The position numbers and the translations under genes were made by a program. A DNA stretch of 20,000 nt from contig JALJEE010002582.1 of NCBI GenBank assembly GCA_023231475.1, forward strand, positions 45,081 to 65,080, read 5' to 3'. Below the pieces are notes generated by a model. The model had not been told where the DNA came from and searched no databases. It was given only the letters and a program-made list of their open reading frames with translations. This DNA is from Seison nebaliae (Eukaryota). Positions 1 to 10,826 of the stretch are shown here, piece after piece (the stretch's first letter is position 1; the number at the start of each line of letters is the position of its first letter).

Positions 1-3000
1 TTATCTCATAATTCTTTTTTTATTAGTACACTATAAAAGACACAATGTATGAAATATTTCTATTTCTCAAAGAGGAAGAGATTAAAGCAATCAATTAAAA
101 GAACGTTTAAAATGCCTGATTCCAGATAATTTCCTTATCATAACAAAATGGAAGGTTAGTCCTAATTGAATTATAATAAGAAAGACAATAACCAAAACAA
201 TAACTCTAGGGAATACTATCTACAACTGACCATTGCTCACAGTCTAAATATTTATGAGCAATAACGTTTCCTTATAATTGAGTTAATTCCCCTCAGTTCG
301 ATGGAGATGGAGATATACTATGAGCATACGCCATTCACAAAAATACGTCAAAGAAACATTTCAAATGAAGCATTCTTCTCCCACCAATGGTGGGCCACCA
401 TAACACACATAATAACAGTTGTTTCATTAATGAGTTGTTAAGTTGTTCATTCGACAATTTATTATCAACATGTGAATGAAATGAATGAAATTTTTAAACA
501 GGATACTTTTCTATTTAAATTCATACGAAATAATAAATTTTGAACTGAAAGAAAGAAAGAAGAAATCGAATAAGAGAAATTATGTAAATGACAAGTTTAT
601 CGATTACCTAATTAAAATGCACCAGTTTTTTTCTGGAATGATATTCTAATAATAAGAATTTATTAATATTTACTTGTATTAGTTACGTTAATATTTCTTC
701 GTACATATTTCATTTCTAATGAAATTGAACACGAGTATCGAAACAAATAATTACAATGACAACTACGAAATGAATATTCTATGAATATTCTACGCCCATC
801 CTTTGCCCATAGACTAGACTTCGGGTGTGTAACATGACTCGAATAACGAAATTTAAAAATTCAAAATGAGCAAACCTGTTTGGATAATAATAGATTAAAA
901 TGAAAAGAATTAATGTCACTCCTCAATCTCCCCAACATAAGAATAGATTTGGAAGAAGACTTATTAGAATTTGTGTTATTGGAACAACAAAGTAGTAATC
1001 AGTCTTCAAGGTTCAAAAATCAAAGTTTATTTTGAAGAATATTGTGAAGCATTATGTAATTGAAAGGGAATTCCGGAATTTTTTAATTAGATTAATCGGC
1101 TATTTTATCCTCCATATTTTATCACAACTCTAATTATTGAGATGATTTAATAATTTTTCCCATTCTTAGCATTATGAGATGTTAGTCCAATTCATAAATT
1201 TCTGCCTCACAGCATAAAAATGTTATATAACTGAAATTTTATTCTATGAATGTTTTTTAACTAGTGCGACGAATCGACATCAATCATTAAAGAAGAACGA
1301 TGGGAAATCTTTAACATTTTCCCACATTCGTTTGATTTCCCTTATGCCAACGGGGAATGGTTCGTTCTCCAACTTAAATTTTCCTGCGGGAAACATTTAG
1401 GTCATCACAATAATAGTTTAATTGTACTCCAAGATAATGAAACTGCTCCTTACATAAATCTCCAATATACATTAAGTGGATATTCAATAAGGAATTGTTA
1501 GTCGACTAAAACAATGGTAGTCAGTACAAGAGAGGAAATTAGTCTAGCTAATCAAACAGAAAAACTTTTTTTGGATATTATGAATAATTGAATGGGAAAC
1601 AGTATAATTGTGGAAATAAACCAACAGCAAAAAAAAGTACACCGAGAATTGAATTAAATTCCATGAGAATGAAAATGAAAATTACTGATTGATTTTACGA
1701 GAATATGTGAAGCATATATTATAGTGAAGTATAATATATGAGTTAATGTTCTGGTGCACTTTCTAAATCCGATGTGAAGCAAGTAACCGATTGCTAAATT
1801 CAGGATTAACTCTTAATAATGGAATCTATCTACAACCTTATCCTCCGCTAAATAAGCCGAGTTAGAAATTAGAGAATAAGTAAGCAAAACATCTTGAATA
1901 TTATGATTGGAATTTAGAAGAGGAGAAATGCAGTGCAAATAAACAATGTGCACGGATTCTTTTTTCAAGAAGAAACCCCTAAGAAACCTAGAAAATGTTT
2001 TAGTTGGTCTCTATATAAATTTCCACTTGGATTCTCTCATTTTAAAGTCACAAAGAACAATAAGGAATTTTTTTCGAGAGAATATTTTTCAAGAATAAAA
2101 GAGAATATTAAATTCCACGAGATTCTTGAAACACAAAGTTTCTCCTGAAAGAAAATTTAGAAGTTTAATAAAATTGTTATTAATTTTATCACTACTAAAC
2201 TACATCTACCAAAAACTCCGAGAATTTCTCATAAAGAACAAAAATCTTTTATAGAGTCTCCAAATAATCGATTGTCAGTTGTCTTCGACACTTAAAATCG
2301 GATAACTCTAACTAACTACTAGTAATTATTCTTGTCTCAATATGTTTCAAATTAGACCTGTATTTTCCCACTTGTCAAAAAGATAAGAAAAAATATTTTT
2401 CTTGATTCTTTTTTCGGATATGATTGATTAGTCTTTCCTATTCGAAAGCTAATCGATAGAGAATGACAATAATATCTTACTGCGTTGCATTTGTGCTTAT
2501 TAAGGAAAAAAGTTTTATTTAGTTATGTGAGTTATTTATTATATTTATAATTGTTCATCATAGTCCACTTATTAATTTCGTCAATAAGACAATTTTAGTC
2601 TCCTAGTTTTCCCACTCGATTCATCTCCACAATTGGAGAGAAGTGAATAATCTAAGAAAGAGGATTGCAAGATTATTAATCTTATTTCTAATAGTTACGA
2701 AATAGTTCTATTCACCATTCCAAAAGAGACCACAATAACACTTATTCAACTTCATAATCAACAGTCACCTACTGTTTCATTCATGATACATAACTTTATC
2801 GGTTTTTTTTGAGATAAGAAAATGAGAATTTCTCTTATAGAAATTGAAGAGAAATGAAATATGATAGAAATTTATCATAATCTCTTATAAGTTAAATATA
2901 TGCAATTTTGAAAGATACATAGATCCCACTTATACTTCTTCCGAAGGCAGCCGAATATGAGAGATAAGACGAAATGGACGAACAAGAAAATAATAATCTC

Positions 3001-4200
3001 ATCTATTTGTTTTCGATGGCATTAAGAGAGAAAGAATAAGTGATAATAACATGGAGATTTCCTTTCAATGTATGCAGTGTATACTATGCACCCATAACAC
3101 AATTCCATTCCATTTCATATACACTAACAAGATAAGAACGAAATAATTGAGAGATTATGGATCGAAATACTACAACTATCATTTTCTCCGTTATATTACG
3201 GAATTAAGTGGTCAACTTCTCCAATTTTCTCCTTCATATATCACAATTATCCAACTTCCGAATATGGCTTCCATGGCAAAATAACAAAAAATTAAGCTAG
3301 AGATAACTAGGAGATAAGTTTGATATCCGATTTCCCTTTCACGTACAATTAACTCGTAAATTCAATTAATGTCAAAAGAAACTGTACTTCCTGTGGTTCT
3401 TAATTGAATAGAATTTACGAAACTTATTACTTACATATTATTACGCTAGACCTATCTGATTGGAAGTGCTATCGCCTGCCGAAAATGATTATATCTGGAT
3501 GAAACAAAATAAACTTCTAAGTTTTTTCATAAAGTGCATCTTATTATTATTCCTAAATGTAAATGAATGAAATTAATCATTATATTCTTGACCAAATCTC
3601 AATGTGAAAATCCAAATTAAAATTAAGAATAAACACACATGTTCAAAACAGTCTATTGTTTTTGAGGCATAACTTTTCCCTAACACAAAATAACACAGTG
3701 GATATATCATTAAAACTATCATTCCACATTCCATAAATTATGTAAAATAATTCTAACGATGGAGAAGTAAACAGTGGAAACCGAAAAATTGGGAACCGAA
3801 AGAATAACACTGCTTCACGTATCAAGACAAAAACTAAAACATGAATTTTTCTATGTTATAAAATATACATCATAGAATTATAGTTTTCAAGAATTTAGCA
3901 ACATTATAAAATAGTTTAGATTTGCTCATTATATTATTGAACAATTGGGATTGGATTGATAATTAAAAAGTTTGTCGTACTCCATCGAACTCACAAGAAC
4001 AATAATGAAATAGTTGCAATTTTAAAGAAAGTGAAACCCTTGCAATCTAAAAAGTTTTAATTCTTTAGCAAAAGAAAAATTTAACCTTTTAAAATATAAT
4101 ATGTTATAATCCATACAGGATCCTGTAAAGTTGTGAAGACAAGTAAAATGACGTTATTGATGTGGGAACGATTTGTCGTTAACACGAACAATAAGAGAAA

Positions 4201-4256
4201 TCGGTAAGACAACTTTATTAATTGAAAACATTTGTTTCGGTAAGACAAATCGGTAA
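4201..4256 (+). repeat. Short direct repeat TCGGTAAGACAA x2 plus partial TCGGTAA
   Basis: Copies at 4201-4212 and 4237-4248, with a partial copy at 4250-4256. Confidence 0.8.
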
Positions 4257-5515
4257 CATATGTTACCCAAATGATAATAACAATAATAGTATTAGGTTTT
4301 CATTATTAAATGGTATCGTTATCTCCATATCTATCAATAAATATCTCCACTCCCACATAATAATTACATTGTTAGACAATCATCAATTCCTCATTGGTTG
4401 AGAAATATCAAACTTTTCTGCGTGAACTGTCTTTGAATCAGATGCTCTTGATGGGTTCAGAAAACATACAATAAACTTGTGTTTTGCATCCTCTAATTAT
4501 AATATGCATTCCTGGTTTAAATAAAATTATATGTTAGCTACAAATTACATAATTAGAGAATATTAAATAAATCAAAAATTATGAAAATTAATAATATTTC
4601 TGGTTTTTATTATCTTTCAAAATGGATATATCAATTCTCATAAACATTTTATATATTTATGTGCCAATGTATAACAGATATTTATATAATTATTTGTCAT
4701 CACAGTTTATAATTAATAGGGAATTTTTTAATTTCTTTTTGAACGAAAACTATGGTGAGGAAATGTTTGAATTGATTATTTTACTTAATATAAGTTACTC
4801 TATATGATTAATTATAAAACTTAATAATTTTGAGTATTATCGAATCGATTTTATTTCGTTTTCTTATTTATTAGGAGAAAAGTAAAGGAATAAAATGAAT
4901 TAGTTGAAAGAGAATTTATGTTGAAGCCATGAACCATTGTTTCTGATATGATGAAGGAATCCTTGTCAATTCGGATGGGAAATACTCATTATTAGTTTTC
5001 TTTCTCCAATTGAATCCCAAATGGAAAACATGAAATTGATAATTTGAAAATAGTCCATTACAATTGACCATAAATAAGCGAAACCTCTTTTATACATTTT
5101 TTTCATCAACAGACGCTTTTTATCAATAATCTCTAATGCAAGATGATATGTATGTGGGTGATAAATGGATAGATTAATAAAGAATTGGTCGATCTTTGGG
5201 CGATTTTAAGTATTTAATAATTTTAAGTAGATGAGCAAAAAGAAAAAAAAATTTAATATAAGATTTTTAGGCTGAAAAAAGAAATGTGAAGAACGAATTT
5301 TTTTAGTTTGTTTTGAATTCTCCATTAATCGTCAGTGAAATTTCTGGTATTTTCTTTATTGAAACATTTAATGGAAATTATCGCCACTATTCATAATTAG
5401 TTGTAAAAATAAAAAATTATTGGGAATAAAACAAAAGATAAATTTGTGGACATGTTCATTGTGTGACGTGTAATATTTAAAATTCTTTCGAACACAAATT
5501 TATTAATTCGACTGA

Positions 5516-6593
5516 ATGGCACTACCTATCAATTTAGAAGAGACTTTGGGGAAATTATTCAACTCTTTCAATCCAACGACATCAATACCAGATGAGTTAA
5601 ATGATCGAATAGATGCCAATCATTTCCTCAAACAATTACAGGAAACAATAAACGTTTTCCAGCAACTTTATGATCGTTACAAGTTTTCACTTTATTTCCT
5701 CTGGGAATTATATTATATCTCTTGTGTGAAGGTGTAATGAGATTAGTGTAGCATTTGATGGAGGAAAAGATGGGAGTGTCGTTTTATTTCTCTATTATTT
5801 CATTCAATTCATTCGCACTTGTAACAAACAACAATCTTTAGTTCTTTTCCGTGTGGTAGCTCCGGATAAGAATGATCATTTTAACGAATTGAATGAATAT
5901 GTGAATTTGATAGAAGAAAAGTTTCTTTCTCTTTTTCTCTTTTCTCAAACTAAATTTTCGTTCATTCCCAAGTTATAATTGTCGGATACGAAAATATGAA
6001 ACGAATTTGAAAAATGCATTATATCAATTTCAGGAGGATGAACCCGAAATTAAAGTGGTGTTAATGGGCAATCGACGTAAAGATCCTTATTCATGTTCAA
6101 TTTATTCACTTTCAAAAAATTAAAATTTTTTTAAAAACAGATAATATGAAATACGAAGAATGGACTGATAACAATTGGCCGAGATATTTACGTGTCTTTC
6201 CCATTCTCAATTGGACTTATCACGAAGTTTGGTATTTTCTACTTCGTATGAATCTTCCTTATTGTTCTTTATATGATCAAGGGTTTGTATTTTTATATTC
6301 TTCTATTTATATATTTAACTTTTATATATCAATTTTTCACTAAAATTTTTTAAAAATTTTTCTTTTCAAATATTTGTTTGAGATTTTTTTTGATTATAAA
6401 ATCTTTCTAGATATACGTCCTTGGGACGACGAAGTTGCACGAACAGAAATGAGAAATTATTTATAAAAGATCGATATCTTGCCGCTTATTATCTTGAAGT
6501 TTCCATCTTTATATTTCGATGAGATTTCAAAAGAAAAATTGATAAAAATTATTTAATCAGAATGAAGACGATGAACGGCATGGTCGTACTTGA
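5516..6593 (+). CDS. FLAD1: FAD synthase (FMN adenylyltransferase, PAPS-reductase-like domain only), 246 aa, 6 exons: 5516-5682, 5732-5920, 5973-6094, 6141-6282, 6411-6498, 6561-6593
   Basis: Manual splicing at GT..AG introns gives one open frame (741 nt). Family motifs appear in order: ISVAFDGGKDG (cf. SFNGGKDC), MGNRRKDPYS, TDNNWPRYLRVFPILNWTYHEVWYFL, LPYCSLYDQGYTSLG, and C-terminal YLAAYYLENEDDERHGR. Confidence 0.93.
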
Positions 6594-6611
6594 TATAAAA
6601 CATTACTTAAT

Positions 6612-6617
6612 AATAAA
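6612..6617 (+). promoter_or_regulatory. Candidate polyadenylation signal AATAAA of FAD synthase
   Basis: AATAAA starts 19 nt after the TGA. The AT-rich background lowers specificity. Confidence 0.5.
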
Positions 6618-6723
6618 AATTATATATTAATTTTATGTTGAAGGAAAATGAGTAAATTTAATGATTGTTTAGTTCAAACTTTTAGTTTGTTGATGAAAAT
6701 ATTTCTCGACAACTTATCATCGT

Positions 6724-9700
6724 ATGACTTCGTTTAACATTTCTATTGATCGTGGTGGAACGTTTACGGACGTCTTCATCAGCGACGAGAAAAGAAACGA
6801 ATATTCATATAAATATTTATCGGAAGATCCGAAGAAATATGAAGAAGCGACAGTTCATGCAATTGAGGAATTTGGGAAGAATGAAGGAAATGGTAATAAT
6901 TTAAGTTCGGTTCGTATAGGCACAACGATAGCTACGAATGCTTTATTGGAGAGGAAAGGTAATCGGTTCGCTCTGATTGTGACGAAAGGTTTTCGGGATC
7001 TATTATTGATCGGTCATCAACAACGTCGAGATTTGTTTGATTTGAATATAAAGAAATTGAAAGAATTATATGAGGAGGTTATAGAAATTGATGAAAGATT
7101 CATTATGGAAAGTTCTTCATATAAAATTGAATTTGACATTTTTGATAAATTGAAAAAGAATTCGAATGAGAGAAATGTGTTAGAAATCAAATCATTAGAT
7201 TTGGAAGAATGTCGAAGAGAATTGAGAAAGTTGAAAGAAAAAGGTATTCGGACGATCGCTATTTGTCTCCTTCATTCTTACGTGGAAGATAAACATGAGA
7301 AAGAATTGAAATTAATTGGAGAAGAATTGGAGTTTGATAATATCATTCTATCTAGTGAATGTATGCCAATGATCAAATATGTAGAACGAGCAAGAACAAC
7401 ATCGATTGACGCTTATCTGATGATTCTGATAAAGAATTATGTGGAGAGAATTGAAAGAACAGTGGAATTATTATCGAAGCAATCACCAGTACTTTATATG
7501 CAATCGAATGGCGGATTGACGAATGCTAATCAATTTCGTGGTAGTAATTCCATTTTATCTGGTCCAGCTGGTGGATATGTTGGATATTCGAAGAGTATCA
7601 ACCAACATTATGGAAATGAAATGTCATCAGTTGGATTCGATATGGGTGGTACGTCAACAGATATTTCTATTTTCAATGGTAAATCTTATGAGCATGTTCT
7701 AGAAACTGAACATGATGGAATCAAATTTTATGCACCAGAATTGCAAATTAAAACTATCGCTGCAGGTGGAGGATCATTACTTTCTTATGACGATTGCCTA
7801 ATGAAAGTTGGACCGGAATCGGCAGGATCTTTTCCAGGACCTGTATGTTATCGGAATAACGGAAGTTTAGCGATAACAGATGCCAATCTAATTCTTGGTC
7901 GAATTCAACCGAAATATTTTCCTCATCTGTTTGGGAAGAATCGAAATGAACCATTGGATGTAGTTGAAACGAGAAAAAGAATGATGGAAATGACAACTTT
8001 GATCAACGACGATCGACGTAAACGATGGAAATTGGATGAAAGTGAATTTGAAAAATTTTCTTGTGAGAAAATTGCTCATGGATTCGTTCGTGTGGCTAAT
8101 GAAGCGATGGCAAGATGTATTCAATCTCTTAGTCAAAGTAAAGGAGTTGACATTAGAAATTATCATTTATGTGCATTTGGTGGTGCCGCCGGGCAACATG
8201 TGTGTGATGTTGGTGAGATTTTGGGAATGAAAAAAGTTTTCATTCATCGACATGCCAGTATTCTCTCATCATTTGGACTATCGTTAGCAGATATTGTTAA
8301 TGAGAAACAATTGACGTTTCAATGTAATTTAACGGAAGAGAATTTGAGAAAAATGAACGAAACTTTTCTGAAGTTGAGAAACGATTTATTAGAAATGATG
8401 AATAATTATCAGAAAGATAATAATTCTCAAATCTTATTAGAATATTTCGCTATCATTCGTTATGAAGGCAGTGATTATCATATTCAAATAAAATGTTCAG
8501 AAGAATTTTATGATGGTAAATCGATAAATATTAAAAATTCTGTCGATTTCATTTATAATCAATTTGTTCAAAAGTTTTTTTTAATTTCAAATTTATTTTA
8601 TCCAATTTCTTTTTTGTTTTTAGACATCAACAACAATTCGGTTTTATTTTAGAAGATAATCGATTATTTATCAATGATTTACGTTCTGTTTGTCATTTGA
8701 AAACTGGAATATCTGACAATGAATTGAATGGAATGAAGAAAATAAATTTAATCAATTCCAATTTGATCAATGCTAAAGATGTAGTAAATTGTTATTTCGA
8801 TGATGAGATACGGAAAGTGCCTCTGTATAAATTGGAAGAGATTTTAGAAAAAATTCCAAACTCTGATAATTCGATGAATATGATGGAAATTGCAGGACCA
8901 TCAATAATCGTTCATCCGTTTAGTGTAATTGTGGTGAAAATAAAATGGATAAGTGAAATATTTGCGAATGGAAATATTTGTCTGAAGAAAAAAAATGAAA
9001 AAGAAAAAGATGAAATAAAAAAGATTCGTTTAGATAATGAAGATAAATATGATCCGATAGAAACATCATTATTTTCTAATCGATTTACTGGAATCGCAGA
9101 AGAAATGGGTAGAGTTCTCCAAAAAACTTCATTGTCAACGAATATTAAAGAGAGATTAGATTTCTCATGTGCATTATTCAATCCTGAAGGATTATTAGTA
9201 GTTAATGCACCACATATTCCTGTTCATCTCGGTGCAATGCAATCTGCAATCGAAAAACAAATGATTTTTTTCAATAAAAATAATCCTTTGAAAAAAGGTG
9301 ATGTGATTTTATGTAATGATCCAAAATTAGGTGGATCTCATTTACCTGATTTGACGGTCATCACACCAGTCTTTATTGAAAATAAAATAAAATTCTATGT
9401 TGCAAATCGTGGTCATCATGCTGATATTGGTGGGAGTACACCAGGAAGTATGCCCGCATTCTCCACTCACTTATTCGAGGAGGGCGCTCTTTTCTCTCAT
9501 TTCAAATTAGTTGACGAAGGGAAATTTATGGAGGAAGAATTGAAGAAAATCTTCATGGCGCCAGGTAAATTTGATGGTTGTTCAGGAACGAGAGCTTATC
9601 ATGAAAATTTATCGGATTTGAAAGCACAAATTGCTTCGAATAATATTGGTTGCGAATCTTTAATTGAACTATGTTCCATTTATGGTTGTGACGAGATAAT

Positions 9701-10768
9701 TCATCAAATGAATTTAATTCGAGAGATTGGGAAAGAATCGGTTGAAAAATTCATTTCGTCTTGGAGACCACCATCCAATCAATATGTTGTTAAAGAAGAT
9801 AACGAAATATTGGAGTTGTTTGGAGAAGATATGATGGATGATCCAAATATCATATTACGATTACGATTATTTTTGAATAAAAATGAAAATCGATTAATTT
9901 TGGACTTTTCTGAAACTTCTGATCAATCAAATAAAACGAATTTGAATACACCTTTCGCTATTGTTATATCTGCCGTCATCTATGCAATCCGTTGTCAACT
10001 ATTAAGAGACATACCTCTAAATCAAGGAATTCTTGATAGAATTGAAATTAAAGCAAGGAGTGGTTGTCTATTAAATCCGAGCGGTGATTGTGCAGTCGCA
10101 GCTGGAAATGTATTAACTTCTCAACGAATTGTTGATATAATTTTCAAACTCTTTGGATGTTGTGCAGCATCTTCTGGTTGTATGAATAATATCACTTTCG
10201 GTACGAAGAATTGGAGTTATTACGAAACTGTTTGTGGAGGATCTGGTGCCACACCATCAGCTCATGGTACCGATGCCGTTCATACACATATGACGAATAC
10301 GAAGATAACAGATGTCGAAATTCTCGAGAGTCGTTATCCAGTCGTTCTTTTAAAATTTTGTATTCGTAAAAATTCTGGAGGAAAAGGTGAATGGAATGGT
10401 GGAAATGGAATTGAACGATTATTTCTATTTAGATCAGAATTAGATATATCAATATTGACGGAAAGACGACTGAATGCACCTTGGGGTGTTTCACTTAAGT
10501 CGAAGGAAAATAATGAAATTAATGGACAGAAAGGAATAAATCTTATTCAAAATATTCCTGAACGATTAATTGATGACGTTATATCGATATTTTCAACAGA
10601 AACGAAAGATTTGAAAGAAGACATGAAAGTTTGTCCAAGTCGATTCCAAATGAAATTATTTCCTGGAGTTATTAATTTCTACTTTCTTCCACATGTTTAA
10701 TTAATTTATTTATTATTTAGGCAATCTTCCTTTTAGAGACACCTGGTGGTGGTTCATGGACGAATTAA
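6724..10768 (+). CDS. OPLAH: ATP-dependent 5-oxoprolinase (fused HyuA/HyuB-type), 1313 aa, 3 exons: 6724-8573, 8624-10667, 10721-10768
   Basis: Motifs IDRGGTFTD, GTTIATNALLERKG, SGPAGG, FDMGGTSTD, AAGGGS, FGGAAGQH, NIKERLDFSCALF, NAPHIPVHLG, GSHLPD, GHHADIGG, YYETVCGGSGA, HTHMTNT and terminal ETPGGG. The two track ORFs join in frame through a 50-nt intron (8574-8623). A 53-nt intron (10668-10720) supplies the TPGGG tail. Confidence 0.96.
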
Positions 10769-10793
10769 ATTCTGAGGGAAATTATTAGAACAT

Positions 10794-10799
10794 TTTATT
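10794..10799 (-). promoter_or_regulatory. Candidate polyadenylation signal AATAAA of the M13 gene
   Basis: AATAAA on the minus strand ~28 nt after the stop at 10827. Confidence 0.5.
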
Positions 10800-10826
10800 T
10801 ATTTGGAATTTTATAACAACATTAAA

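Noticed and set aside
2381..3320. Several AGATAA (GATA-type) sites
   Set aside because: The hexamer is expected frequently at this base composition; enrichment cannot be shown by eye.
1933..4807. ORFs 1933-2148, 3643-3825, 4622-4807
   Set aside because: Short, F/I/K/N/Y-biased products expected from AT-rich non-coding DNA; no motifs.
8574..8696. Oxoprolinase split into two ORFs resembling bacterial hyuA/hyuB genes or a frameshift
   Set aside because: A 50-nt GT-AG intron (8574-8623) joins them in frame; it is one eukaryotic OPLAH.
7754..9181. Small ORFs 7754-7996, 7888-8166, 8036-8230, 8912-9181
   Set aside because: Antisense or off-frame shadows of OPLAH with no motifs.
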